A stretch of DNA of 63,487 nt, filler included, from Octopus bimaculoides (GCF_001194135.2; 5 parts of 5 records of this genome joined end to end with filler, not necessarily neighbours in it); one strand, 5' to 3'. Shown: positions 1 to 13,570, counted from the first letter of the whole stretch. Translations and numbers: made by a program. Notes: generated by a model from the letters alone, not told the origin.

Positions 1-760
1 CTGTGAAGAAGGATAGATAGAAAGAAAGAAAAAAAGAAAATAAAAAGAAAGGAAGAAAAACGTAAGAAATGAAATAAAATTTATTGTGAAAAGTTGTGAC
101 GAAAAATATCCTGGGAATTCTCCCCCTTTCCCCCCCCCCCTTCTTTTTATTTAATTTTCCGGACCACCCTGAAGATTTTATAGTAATGAATGTTGTGGTT
201 GGATGATTGGACGGTTGGATAACTTGCTGGGTGGCTGACTGGGTGGTTGGCTGGTTTGATGGATAGATAGATGGAGGGCTGCAATCACTAACGTCACGAA
301 GTAAGTAATGAAACTGGTAGCAAGTGCTTGATATGTTGGGGCAAATGATCGAATGAATATAGCACCGAAAGAGATCCTTCTTTACCAGGAGGATTTAATT
401 ATGTTCTGCGTTTAAATCTCACCGAGGTTAAAATCGCCTTTCAATAGTCCAGAGTCGAAACAATAGGCGCCATTTTCTGCTGTGTGGCCCTAGGTCAAGC
501 AAGCCTTTTGGAGCAGATTTATGATCAAAGACTTTCTGATCCTAACCACGCCATCATTTATTGCCTCAAGGACGACATTGTACGATGTGTTCTCTTTTTT
601 AAAGTGATTTGTGGAATTCTAGCTGCTATTTCTAAATGGTAGAATGTACACGTAAATAGTCATTCGTTAATTAATAACACAGAAGATTTGAAATAGAATT
701 AATAAGCAAAATATTGTGACCTTCTGCTCATACAAACAATAATTATTATTAGGGTTATTG

Positions 761-873
761 AGGCGGCGAGCTGGCGAAATTGTTACCGCGTCCGACAAAA
801 TGTTTAGTGGCGTTTTTTCGTCCGCCTTCGGGTTCTGAGTTCAAATTGCGCCGAGGGCGACTTTGCCTTTCAA
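761..873 (+). mobile_element. SINE family A, 5' part (tRNA-like head)
   Basis: AGGCGGCGAGCTGGC...TGAGTTCAAATT...GACTTTGCCTTT. The same motif recurs at 11997, 12241, 15137, 22195, 27900, 40827 and in the minus-strand copies at 62722-63421. Confidence 0.75.
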
Positions 874-1193
874 GTTGTGAGAGCTGGAGGAATTTAGGGG
901 ATGCACCAAAACTAGCTTGTAGTCATTAGAGAAGAGTAAAATAGAGATAGATCAAATGAAGTGCCTTGCTCAAAGTCACAACATGCCATTCCATTCAGAG
1001 ACTAATACCACGACCATCTAATCATAAGAAAAACCGCGAAACCGCTGGTAACCAGTATGTGATTCTAGAATTACATATATTGGATAGCAGAAGTAACATT
1101 ACTACAACATTACTTAAAATAGAGCAGGTCTCCATAAGAAAACGCATAGGAGTTTGTGCGTGTGCATTGTGTGTGTCTGTATTTATACAAACG

Positions 1194-1227
<34 letters not shown>

Positions 1228-1255
1228 CATATATATGTATGTCCTTATCTACCTC

Positions 1256-1306
<51 letters not shown>

Positions 1307-1801
1307 CCCTCTACACATATATATATATATATATGTATGTGTGTGTATACATTTATATATGTACGAGTGTATATGTATACATGTATGAATGTTTGTATGC
1401 ATGCTGTATGTGTGTATATGTGTATGCGTGTGTATCTATCTTACGAGACATTGAATGTCTGCAAATTGGCCAACTTACTTGAAATAGAGCCATGAACTTG
1501 ATCTGCCAAAAGCAAATGAAAGTCAGGCTGAGCTTTATGTACCCGAGATCTCAATATTTCTTTATTTCGCATAATCGTGACAATAAAGTCACGTGGTATG
1601 AAAATTCGGTGAAGCGACATCGGAATTCAAGTCTTCCCAACTTAACCGCTTTACTATACTGCCAAAGCATCACTAATCACAACCAAGACCATTTTCAGAG
1701 CTACCAATATATAATGTTTCGGAAAAAGAGTCTACAAGAGTCTTCGTTAATATATCTTGAGGTTTATATTAAGTAGAATAACTGGATTTTATTAAGAATT
1801 T

Positions 1802-1832
<31 letters not shown>

Positions 1833-2830
1833 NNNNNNNNNNNNNNNNNNNNNNNNNNNNNNNNNNNNNNNNNNNNNNNNNNNNNNNNNNNNNNNNNNNN
1901 NNNNNNNNNNNNNNNNNNNNNNNNNNNNNNNNNNNNNNNNNNNNNNNNNNNNNNNNNNNNNNNNNNNNNNNNNNNNNNNNNNNNNNNNNNNNNNNNNNNN
2001 NNNNNNNNNNNNNNNNNNNNNNNNNNNNNNNNNNNNNNNNNNNNNNNNNNNNNNNNNNNNNNNNNNNNNNNNNNNNNNNNNNNNNNNNNNNNNNNNNNNN
2101 NNNNNNNNNNNNNNNNNNNNNNNNNNNNNNNNNNNNNNNNNNNNNNNNNNNNNNNNNNNNNNNNNNNNNNNNNNNNNNNNNNNNNNNNNNNNNNNNNNNN
2201 NNNNNNNNNNNNNNNNNNNNNNNNNNNNNNNNNNNNNNNNNNNNNNNNNNNNNNNNNNNNNNNNNNNNNNNNNNNNNNNNNNNNNNNNNNNNNNNNNNNN
2301 NNNNNNNNNNNNNNNNNNNNNNNNNNNNNNNNNNNNNNNNNNNNNNNNNNNNNNNNNNNNNNNNNNNNNNNNNNNNNNNNNNNNNNNNNNNNNNNNNNNN
2401 NNNNNNNNNNNNNNNNNNNNNNNNNNNNNNNNNNNNNNNNNNNNNNNNNNNNNNNNNNNNNNNNNNNNNNNNNNNNNNNNNNNNNNNNNNNNNNNNNNNN
2501 NNNNNNNNNNNNNNNNNNNNNNNNNNNNNNNNNNNNNNNNNNNNNNNNNNNNNNNNNNNNNNNNNNNNNNNNNNNNNNNNNNNNNNNNNNNNNNNNNNNN
2601 NNNNNNNNNNNNNNNNNNNNNNNNNNNNNNNNNNNNNNNNNNNNNNNNNNNNNNNNNNNNNNNNNNNNNNNNNNNNNNNNNNNNNNNNNNNNNNNNNNNN
2701 NNNNNNNNNNNNNNNNNNNNNNNNNNNNNNNNNNNNNNNATATATATATATATATATATATACATGTACCCGCAAGCACACACATATGCGTTCATACATA
2801 CATACATACATACATACATACATACATAAT

Positions 2831-3082
2831 GTTTCCTTCTCGAGCCATGTGAAGCTCATGAGGGCTGGTTTCCCGGTTTCAATGGCTTATATGTATATTC
2901 TCCACCTGGACGGGACGCCGGTCCGTCGCAGGATTACTCATTTTTGCCAGCTGAGTGGACTGGAGCAACGTGAAATGAAGTGTTTTGCTCAAGAACACAA
3001 CGCATCGCCCGGTCCAGGAATCGAAACCACAACCTTACGATCATGATGCTGACACCCTAACCACTAAGCAATACGCCTCCAC
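2831..3082 (-). mobile_element. tRNA-headed CORE-like SINE (family D), near full length
   Basis: Minus strand begins GTGGAGGCGTATTGCTTAGTGGTTAGG (A box), has GGTTTCGATTCC (B box), then TGTGTTCTTGAGCAAAACACTTCATTTCAC (CORE-like). Related copies at 15314-15645 and 22960-23210. Confidence 0.85.
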
Positions 3083-3359
3083 CATACATACATACATACA
3101 TACATACATACATACATACATACATACATTTTTCTCTGCCAAGCTATATCCAGACTATAATTACAAGAATATGAGGCGTTTCTGTTGAACCGAGACTGCT
3201 GTTTCGACCTCGAATTCCGGTCGGAAGCATTTTACTTCACATGCGTTAACAAAGCCCTTGGGTAATGATTGAATGTAATACAATACTTCTCTCCCTTTCC
3301 CCACTACAAAACCCTCTGATACATCATGTCTATACGTAACTATGTTATATATTCCTTTT

Positions 3360-3399
<40 letters not shown>

Positions 3400-3712
3400 T
3401 TAACCGAATATTTTAACAGAGATTATGAGATCTTGTTTTGACAAATAGTTTAAAAAAGTACAACAAAAAAAGAAATAACTCGTTTAATGTATTTCAGTAA
3501 AGTAAAAACCAAGATATATAATTTTTCTTTGCTGGGTATTCCCATTAGAATCGGAGTATTTTTATATAATATTAGTATTTAAATACTGTCTTACGTATGT
3601 GACATCTGGCATATACGAATTTAAATATATTCAATGCTGGCATATATATAAACACTCCTATGCATACATATGTGTATACGCGTGTATGCGTGTATGTGTG
3701 TGCGTGTGAGTT

Positions 3713-3763
<51 letters not shown>

Positions 3764-4144
3764 ATATATATAACAACAACACCACCACCATCAACAACAA
3801 CAATAATAATAATAATAATAAAGTAATAATAATAATAATAATTTATAAGCAACCACCGTGTAATGACTAAAGAAAATAGTATAATATTGGGGCCTTGACG
3901 GAAAAAATAGGGTTTTCGTACACATTAGTCATTACACGGTGATCGCTTATAACCTTATTATTATTATCTACAGAATTGTAAAATTCGNNNNNNNNNNNNN
4001 NNNNNNNNNNNNNNNNNNNNNNNNNNNNNNNNNNNNNNNNNNNNNNNNNNNNNNNNNNNNNNNNNNNNNNNNNNNNNNNNNNNNNNNNNNNNNNNNNNNN
4101 NNNNNNNNNNNNNNNNNNNNNNNNNNNNNNNNNNNNNNTATATA

Positions 4145-4385
4145 TATATATATGCGTTGAAACCAATCGTTCCATCATGTTGAACCGTTAATCCTGGCAC
4201 AATTTTTTTCTGTCTCCGTTTATTTTCGTTCTCTCTCCATTCTTTACCTCTCGTAACTTTCTGTCGAAGGACGTAGACTCGAAACGTCAAAGACTTTTCC
4301 ATTCTTCCTGAGCGTCAAACTAATACACTTGCTTGTTGTTCCTTCACCCGTCGCTCTCTTTTGTCTTCTGTACATTTGAACCATA
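4145..4385 (+). mobile_element. Non-autonomous dispersed repeat carrying a hammerhead-like motif (probably PLE-derived)
   Basis: Homologous to 43381-43570. Both share CTTT-CTGTNGAA-stem-GAAACGTY-AAAG followed by ACTTT...GAGCGT..ACTAATACA. Confidence 0.55.
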
Positions 4386-4464
4386 TATATAAGAGATGAA
4401 AGTAGTAATATGTATAAATAACAAGCAAATTAGCTGTAAGAGATGAAATTAGTACATGCACTGA

Positions 4465-4719
4465 GAAGTAATGTTTATCGTCACTTTAGCATGGCTGTCC
4501 CGTAAGGAACGACGTTACTACCTTTTTTATCCGCAGGAGGACGCCTCCTCCATCTGGTTATCGGTGCAATCTGCACCCGACATATATTGCAAGCAGAATA
4601 TATATCGGGTGCAGATTGCACTGATAACCAGCTGCAGGAGGCGTTCTCCTGAGGTTAAAAACGATAGTAACATCGTTCCTACGGGACAGTCATGTTGAAG
4701 TGGCGATAAACATTACTTC
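4465..4719. repeat. 255-bp imperfect palindrome (foldback element or MITE)
   Basis: Left arm 4465-4588 and right arm 4597-4719 are reverse complements with about a dozen substitutions and one 1-nt indel. Loop GCAAGCAG. Confidence 0.93.
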
Positions 4720-5253
4720 AATATACATACATACATACATGCATACATACGTACATACATACATACATACATACATACATACATACATACATACATGCAT
4801 ACATACATACATATGCATATATGTTAGCTATTAGCGACGAAAACAATCTTTGTAATGAATATTAGTGAGATATGTTGTTAAAAACGCGGTAAACTGCGGT
4901 AATCGTCCTGAGAAATCCTCTAGTAGAGACATTAAGTGCTAAATAGCACAAATCATATCGGCAAACGTAATATTGTCAGTACTGGCTGATAGAACTCTTG
5001 AGGCGTATGATTTTGACATAATTTTCACCGCATCTGTTAAAGACACCCAATCACTGAATCAAGACCGAAATCTCGTGAAGCCGATATAGTTTAAGATTGA
5101 TTAAACAATCAGTGATATTATAAAAGCTGGTCTTATCTTCTAATACAGTATTATATATTTGACAAAATGGATATTAGGATACCTAATAACTTATAAACAT
5201 CTAATTATTAAGACGGAAAAAGTATCAGATAAGACATTTCTATTCATTTTTTC

Positions 5254-5289
<36 letters not shown>

Positions 5290-5290
<1 letters not shown>

Positions 5291-6071
5291 GTGTATAAGG
5301 GATGACCACTAGGTGGACATCCAATATGCTAGAAAGAGGTCATCGTATTTATATCCAAGTGCTTACTATTGCAGGGCAATATCGCAATTGAATACTAGGT
5401 ATGGGTGGGGGTAAATCAGAAATTTACCCAGGATATATAAGGCAAATAAGAAAATGGAGATGATAAGCAATCGACAAACATCAGCCTGTAAACATTCAAT
5501 TATATCTATTTATTAATTGATTACAATCATATGTTTAAGTGATCCAAATAAACGAAGGAAATGGGCAAATAAATAAGTAAATAAATGTATAAATAAAAAT
5601 AAACGAATAAGAATTGATGAATGTACAAATACTAAACTCTTACAGCTGTTTCTACCATGGGGTTGCCAAATCATCCAAGTTTTCCACATCACGCGAGTAA
5701 TATACAGGGATGAATAAACATTGGACAGGGGTTGGACAATGGTTGAGCCTTAAGGCTTCATCAGAGAGACCAAATGTTAGGAAACTAACATGTGGAGAAG
5801 TAAGTTAAAATAATAAAGTAAAATAAAATAAAAAAATAATATAATAGAAATAGTAAGGAATGGTAAGAACGTCATTTCAAGGTGCTTTCGTAAGCCATGG
5901 TATTACATCTTCTGGTAAAGAAAATCACTTCCAGGAGAAATTTCCGCAGGCTGCGAGGGTTACATCGTGTTTCAATTACACTGATAATTCATACCATTCC
6001 TTACTATTATTTTTATTTTATTTTACTTTATTATTTTAACTTACTTCTTTTACCTCTCCATTTTCTTATTT
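5290..6071 (-). mobile_element. Probable PLE terminal-repeat region with hammerhead motif and inverted segment
   Basis: Minus strand has CTCT-CTGATGA (5768-5758) and GAAACAGCTGTA-AGAG (5652-5637). Segments of about 5797-5865 and 5992-6050 are inverted copies of each other. Confidence 0.5.
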
Positions 6072-6222
6072 NNNNNNNNNNNNNNNNNNNNNNNNNNNNN
6101 NNNNNNNNNNNNNNNNNNNNNNNNNNNNNNNNNNNNNNNNNNNNNNNNNNNNNNNNNNNNNNNNNNNNNNNNNNNNNNNNNNNNNNNNNNNNNNNNNNNN
6201 NNNNNNNNNNNNNNNNNNNNNN

Positions 6223-6258
<36 letters not shown>

Positions 6259-7199
6259 CAAATAGACTGAAATCCAGTTGAAACAATTCATTTCGTTAAC
6301 ATGCATTATTTGTTGTTGCTGACAAACCGAACGCCATTTGTATGTGATACAAATTCGCCTCTAACTTGGTTAGTTCTCTCAATAGCCTACTGAAAAGAAA
6401 CATCCGGAAAAACACGGGTACTTGGAGCGATACCGCCTAGGACAGGGATTTAGTTAGTTTTTTTTTTCAAGATATTTTCGTTTGCTGTGATCTTTTACAG
6501 ATGCTCAATTTTTTTTTTCTGGCAGACTTATGTCCTTGCTCTAAATATTTGTTACCTAGCCTGTTCTGCGATTATTATCTTATCAGAAATGTTAATCTCT
6601 GTTGCAAATTCGTGTGAATGTGTTCTACTCCACTGACGTATGTCTTATGCTCCGTGTCTACATACTTACAATATATACTTACAATACACACACACACACA
6701 CGCACGCACACACACACACACACGCACACACAAGCACGCACGCACACACACATGTCCTCCCCTCACATATCTACTTCGAAGTTATACTTGTCTATCAACT
6801 GACTTGACGTGAAACTGAAGCAAAATCATCGTATTTAGAGGTATTTCAGCCATTTAATAAAACAAAGACATTAGCTTTTCATTTGTTTCTTGAGATATAA
6901 CAATTTTCCTCGTAAGCTACACCCTGGTCATTGTTCGGTTGAGATAACCTACATAAATACATACACGTTCACGTACACGTACAAGTAAAAGTGTGTCAGT
7001 AATTATATCACAGTGGCGCAACGAGAATTTTGATATCTCAATTAATATATGAATTTAGAAGATTATCAAATGGTTAAAATAGCTTGTTCATGATGTATAT
7101 GTTATATATATATGTATCCAGGAGTTAAGAGACGAAGGAGATAAAATCCGGGTTACATATGTTTCATAGCGAGCGGAACCTCGGAATTGGTAAATATTC

Positions 7200-7590
7200 A
7201 AGCGAGGTGTACACCGCAGGTTACTCTTCAGGCGATTCAGCCGTGACTCTTTTTCATCTTCCGTGAGCGAACGAGGCACAGATTTTGCTGCAACTCTTTT
7301 CTTTCGCAATTCCTCACCCCAAAAATTCATTGGCTGGAGCTCCGGGACACACCAGTCATATCAACAAGTTTGTCAATTGTTCAGTGATGGTCCTCCAAGA
7401 CCAGTTCATGAATTTTCACGATGTTTTCATTTGTTTGGGAAGTAGAAGGTCGTCTAGAACGAGATTGGTCCTCAAGCGACAAGTGACCACTCCTAAGGCA
7501 TGAAAACCACTCGTAAGCTTGTGTTTTGCTCGTGGCAGCGTCCTAGTAAGTTGCTTGAAGCATGACAACTGTTTCGGCCGCCGTTTTTTA
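7200..7590 (-). pseudogene. Mariner (Tc1/mariner) transposase N-terminal fragment, decayed
   Basis: Manual translation: KTAAETVVMLQATY*DAATSKTQAYEWFSCLRSGHLSLEDQSRSRRPSTSQTNENIVKIHELVLEDHH*TIDKLVDMTGVSRSSSQ*, then after a frameshift EELRKKRVAAKSVPRSLTEDEKESRL. This matches the mariner HTH, GRP and WVP(R/H)xL motifs. Confidence 0.92.
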
Positions 7591-7831
7591 CTCTGCCATT
7601 GTACAGCATTATCGTAAGGTTATAGTGTTTCATTGAATTTTTCTTTTATCGAGGTCTTTATTTAATTTCCTCATATGTACATCTATATTTCTCTCTTTTC
7701 TTTCTCAATCGCAAGTCTTAATCATGCTTTCTTTCTCTGTCCCAGTTATTAAGATTCCTTTACATTTTTCGCTCCTTATGTACCTTACTCCAACTGTAGC
7801 AGTTGCTTAACAGCAGCATGCAATGTCTTGC

Positions 7832-7876
<45 letters not shown>

Positions 7877-7989
7877 ACATACATACATACATACATATAT
7901 TGTAAATAGGAGGGTAATAAATTAAAATAATTTATTACCAGTGGTTAGCATGCGTAATAAAAGTCATAATCTTTATACACTATTATATT

Positions 7990-8038
<49 letters not shown>

Positions 8039-8045
8039 CAACAAC

Positions 8046-8095
<50 letters not shown>

Positions 8096-8114
8096 TAATA
8101 ATTAACACCTACAT

Positions 8115-8213
8115 GAACTTCTAACTTGTTGTCTCTTGAGGTCTCTGGGTGAGACTTGGATCCAACTTGTACAAATGCAAAACAAAAGTCAAACATAAAA
8201 TAATAATAATAAT

Positions 8214-8217
<4 letters not shown>
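8115..8217 (+). mobile_element. Possible 3' tail of an R4/Dong-like non-LTR retrotransposon
   Basis: GTCTCTTGAGGTCTCTGGGTGAGACTTGGATCC...AGTCAAACATAAAA followed by an (AAT)n tail. Family assignment is from recall only. Confidence 0.4.
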
Positions 8218-8251
<34 letters not shown>

Positions 8252-8637
8252 AGACAGTAGAGTGACAGAGAAAGAGAGAGAGAGAGAGAGAGGAGACAAA
8301 GACGTGCATCGCTCCAGGCAATACAATTTTAGTTTCATCTAAGCGAGATATTTTCAATACTGGGAGGAGTATACAAACGACTTAACAGGTAGTCGATGTT
8401 ACAGCCGACACATTATATCATTTGTGAATGAAACAAACGAGAAGAATGAGCCTTAAAAAATATACCACGTAAAGAAAACATGGAATATTTACCATAACTT
8501 CACTGTATGTATCAATGAATGAATGAATGAAAATATATCCTAAACGGATATGCAGACATGAAACCAGCCACATAGCGACATACACACCCGCATACAAAGA
8601 AGACACACACACATATATATGTAAGAATATACATACA

Positions 8638-8705
<68 letters not shown>

Positions 8706-9317
8706 CAGCAGATTTATAAACATTCTTATACATAAACTTTCGTACAGACGTGTGTATTTGTGTGTGAGTAGCTTTCCTGTAGATATTCCAAGCATATTTG
8801 ATATAGAGATTTGTTTACACTTTAATGCGTTCACCACGAACCGGCTTTAATATCTGCCCTCCCTACGGGGATGTCCCGTCAGCTTGGGTGGTCGCTTCGG
8901 TAGTGCTATTGGGTAATGAACGGTTGGTGGTAAGAGACAGACTACATAAGTAGCGATTGGAAGAAATGAACGTTTTTTTTTTGTTTTTTTTTTTTTNNNN
9001 NNNNNNTTTTTTTTTTTTTTTTTTACAATTTTTCTTTTTTTTTTCTTGTTTATTTTGATCTTGTTTTAAGACCATTTTAATGTTTTCGTTCGTGTTTCTT
9101 TTTTTTAATGAAATATATTCATATTTCTTTAAAGAAAAACATTCAAATACCAATGTTTGTTATAGCAATTTGCTTCCTCTCCTCAACATGCTTCTTGCCT
9201 ACCTTATTTTACTATATTAAAATATCCATAACCAAACCCCTGTTGTTAAAGTCATTTCTTCCTTCCTTCCTTCCTTCCTTTCTTTCTTCCTTCCTTCCTT
9301 TCTTTCTTCCTTCCTTC

Positions 9318-9360
<43 letters not shown>

Positions 9361-9363
9361 TTT

Positions 9364-9402
<39 letters not shown>

Positions 9403-9791
9403 NNNNNNNNNNNNNNNNNNNNNNNNNNNNNNNNNNNNNNNNNNNNNNNNNNNNNNNNNNNNNNNNNNNNNNNNNNNNNNNNNNNNNNNNNNNNNNNNNN
9501 NNNNNNNNNNNNNNNNNNNNNNNNNNNNNNNNNNNNNNNNNNNNNNNNNNNNNNNNNNNNNNNNNNNNNNNNNNNNNNNNNNNNNNNNNNNNNNNNNNNN
9601 NNNNNNNNNNNNNNNNNNNNNNNNNNNNNNNNNNNNNNNNNNNNNNNNNNNNNNNNNNNNNNNNNNNNNNNNNNNNNNNNNNNNNNNNNNNNNNNNNNNN
9701 NNNNNNNNNNNNNNNNNNNNNNNNNNNNNNNNNNNNNNNNNNNNNNNNNNNNNNNNNNNNNNNNNNNNNNNNNNNNNNNNNNNNNACCACC

Positions 9792-9822
<31 letters not shown>

Positions 9823-9857
9823 GCACCACCACCGCCACTGCCACCGCCACTACAACT

Positions 9858-9891
<34 letters not shown>

Positions 9892-10137
9892 CTTTATGGC
9901 CGCTACCATTGCAATATCAAGCGGCAATAACCAGAAGTTGTTTCAATCCCTTCTTACAAGCGATTCAATGTCGTTATGTTGTGAAGGCATTTAGGCATTT
10001 GTACGAGTGTGTATATATGTGCCAGTGTGGGGGTAGGTGGGTGAGTGGGGCAAGTAGATGACAGGCTTGAAGATTACATCCGTTCATTTACTCTCTCATC
10101 TCTAAAACCTTCAGATTGAACTCTATCTATCTATCTT

Positions 10138-10209
<72 letters not shown>

Positions 10210-10831
10210 CGTGTGTGCGTATAAATGTATGTACATAAATAAATATGCACAAACGTTCTTTTGGCAAGTTATTGAAAAGCTATGCCCTTTGAGCCCTAAA
10301 CTGTTACAGTTTAGGCCCTTTCTCTAGATAGTGACGTTTTGATCTATACAGTGGCGACCAGTCCGTGGGGGTTAGTATAGCTTTCAATTCCACAATTAGG
10401 TAATAAACTCTCCAATAACTTCGTTATGTATGTATGTATGTATGTATGTATGTATATGTGTGTGTGTATGTGTGTGTGTGTGTGTGCGTGTGTGTATGTG
10501 TCGCTGCACATGTTTTGCGATTTCGCTCCCAATAGCTCATCTGTTGCACCGAGTCAATCTTCTTGGTTTAGTGACATTGGATTGTTTCGTGCTCCGCTGT
10601 TGGTTGGATACTGCGTGGTGAACATAACTCAGTACAGTAGTATATATAGCATGTATATATATATACATATGATGTGCATAAAATGAGTATATAACGAAAA
10701 TTATTCATTTCTTTGTGAGTTCAATGAAACGAAGAATTTTACGTTAATATCAAAAGTTATGGAATAAAATATATGACGTAAAGGTGTGTGTGTGTGTATA
10801 TGTGTGCATGTGCGTGTGTGTCTTTATGTTT

Positions 10832-10870
<39 letters not shown>

Positions 10871-11226
10871 TATATATATGTATGTATGTATGTGTTTGTA
10901 TATGTGAGCGTAGGTGTGTGTATTAAGAGAGAGAGGGAGAGAAATAAACAAAAATGTCGAGCATATCTGATTATCTGTGTGTGTATGTGTGAGTGTGTAT
11001 GTGTGAGTGTGTATGCGTGAGTGTGTATGTGAGTATGTGTGTGTGCGCGCACGCGCACGTTATTACGGATTATAAATCGGTTCCGAAAGATTTCCTGCAA
11101 CGTCAGAAGGTGTGAAGAATATATTTACCTTCATATTCCTTTAATGTTTGCAATCAGCACAGCATGAAATCTTTAAGCTATGCGTTTGAAAGGTTAGTTA
11201 TCGAGCACACACACAGACACAGACAC

Positions 11227-11269
<43 letters not shown>

Positions 11270-11996
11270 TACACACACATACATATATATATTTATACAC
11301 ACGCACGCATACATACCTACCTACATACGTACATATACTCATACACACGCGTATGCATACCTACCTACATACATACATACACATACACACGCGCACACAC
11401 ACACACATAAATAAATGAAATATATATATATATATATACATATTCATACACACACACATACATATATATGCTTTTAAACATATGCACATGTGAATATGTA
11501 TGTGTGTATATATTTATATATATACATATATAATTCCAAGAGAGTTAGATGTTGTGAATCCAACCAACTAAGGGATAATATCTATCCAATATACTGCTGG
11601 TAGAATACCCAATTATTAATACACGTGTTTTTTCATTGCATGGCAATTACACTACTGAATGTAATAAATGGGCGAGGGTAAAAAGTTGTTTTACCCTTAA
11701 TTTTTACGATAATAAGAAAATGGAAGGGATCAAGAGGTGGTATTCATCAACTTTTAGACATTATATTATGTCTATTTATTTATTTTTTTAAAAAGCAATT
11801 ATAATAATATACATACAATTAATAACTTATCGTAACAACTTCAGTTATCAAGAAGCTGATTTAATTTTAGACGCTGGTATATGGTTTCTGCTTCTAAAAG
11901 GTTGATTCTAATTATTAAATAAGATTGAGAATAAAATAAGTGTATGAAAAGGAAAATAAAGTTTTATAAGAATGGTTTCGATATTTGGCACATGTC

Positions 11997-12605
11997 AAAG
12001 CAGCGAGCTGACAGAATCGTTAGCACGCTAAGGGAAATGCTTAGCGGTATTTCGCCTGTTTTTAGGTTCTGAATTCAAGCTCTGCTGAAGCTGACTACCT
12101 TTCATCCTTTCGGGATCGATAAAATAAGCACCACTTGAGCACTGGGGATGGGGGTAAGGTGTAGATGTAACCGACTTACACCCGTCCCCCGAAAATGCTG
12201 GCCTTGTGTCAAAATTCGAAATTAATATTTTGCATCTTTCGGGCGGTGAGCTGGCAGAATCGTTAGCACGTCGGGCAAAGTACTCAGCGGCATCCCGTCC
12301 GTCTTCACGTTCTGAATTCAAAACCCGCTGAGATCGACTTTGCCTTTCATCCTTTCGGGGTCGATTAAATAAGTTACAACTTGATCACTGGGGGTGGGGG
12401 TGGGGCGATGTAATCTACTAATCAACTTACATACTTCCCCCGAAAATGCTGGCTTTGAGCCAAAGTTTGAAATCAAGATTTGGCACAAGGTTAGCAATTT
12501 TAGGCGGAGGGTTTTAGTCGATTATATCAACCCCAATATTCAACTGGTACTTGTTTTTATCGACACCGAAAGGTAAAGCCGACTGGGGCAGAATTTGAAT
12601 TCAGA
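11997..12605. mobile_element. Cluster of three family A SINEs (two plus, one minus)
   Basis: Copies at about 11997-12230 (+), 12241-12473 (+) and 12478-12605 (-) share CTTTGCCTTTCATCCTTTCGGG..CGAT..AATAAG and GGC.TTG.G.CAAA. CpGs are largely retained. Confidence 0.85.
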
Positions 12606-12982
12606 ACTTGATATTTTATAACATTAAGTTTTATAACATTTATGACAAAATTTTATAAGAATAGTACATGTAATCTTTTATGCTCTTTCCAGATGATTGA
12701 GAATGTAGCGAAGCAATGCTTAAGTGGCGATTAAATTTTCTAAGAGGACGGATATAACTATATAAAGCTTGTTAGAATTCGAGTTATAAACACATGCTTT
12801 CCATACGTTCAAGTAGGTATGAATGGAAGCAGGCGTTAGGTTAAGTCTAAATTTGGAATGTAATGGAAAAATGAATATTGATAAAAATTAGTATAGTGAT
12901 GGAATGCAAGAATTAGACGCTACAGCAAGAGAGTACTAAAATATAAATAACCAGCTGCTAATATTCAAGTACAATATTGGGA

Positions 12983-13026
<44 letters not shown>

Positions 13027-13126
13027 NNNNNNNNNNNNNNNNNNNNNNNNNNNNNNNNNNNNNNNNNNNNTTAATTAATTAANNNNNNNNNNNNNNNNNN
13101 NNNNNNNNNNNNNNNNNNNNNNNNNN
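13027..13126. other. Synthetic scaffold spacer (44 N + TTAATTAATTAA + 44 N)
   Basis: Exactly 100 bp. The 12-mer places stop codons in all six frames. Identical constructs occur three more times. Confidence 0.95.
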
Positions 13127-13148
13127 CATCACCACCACCACCACCACC

Positions 13149-13180
<32 letters not shown>

Positions 13181-13556
13181 CAACAACAACAGCAACAGCA
13201 GTAGCCACTGCCTTAACCTCCACCACCACCAACAACAATACCAATAATGCCACTACCACCACTACCACCACTGCCACCACTATTATTAGTATTACCACAA
13301 ACAAGACCACTGCCATTATTACCAATGCCACAACCATCGCAGCTACCACCAATATCACTGTTGCAACAAGCACCACCACCACCACCACCACTACCACCAC
13401 CAAAATACTATAAATTCCTCAAACACTTCCCTCTTTTACATCCAGAAAATAAAGAGAAAAAAAAAAACTTCTTCCAGTCTTTGACAAATAACATGTATTT
13501 ATGTATTTCTTGTACAAACTGGCAAAGTTCCAAGAATTCTTGCAATTAGTCTCTAA

Positions 13557-13570
13557 GTTACCATGGAAAC
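13557..13570. promoter_or_regulatory. RFX X-box-like motif GTTACCATGGAAAC
   Basis: Matches the RFX consensus GTTNCCATGGNAAC, in non-repeat sequence. A single motif with no promoter evidence. Confidence 0.3.

Noticed and set aside
3185-3230. Minus-strand GACC..GGTC GAAAC AGCA GTC TCGG
   Set aside because: There is no CUGANGA core, and a core deletion would have to be assumed.
8863-8945. Possible minus-strand terminal exon LSLTTNRSLPNSTTEATTQADGTSP*
   Set aside because: The acceptor is weak, there is no recognisable homology, and frames of this length occur by chance.
10295-10315. CCTAAACTGT-T-ACAGTTTAGG palindrome
   Set aside because: It is short and could be chance or a local slippage product.
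13071-13082. Recurrent TTAATTAATTAA (also 22876, 44019, 58312) as a biological motif
   Set aside because: It is always centred in 44+44 N, so it is an artificial linker.
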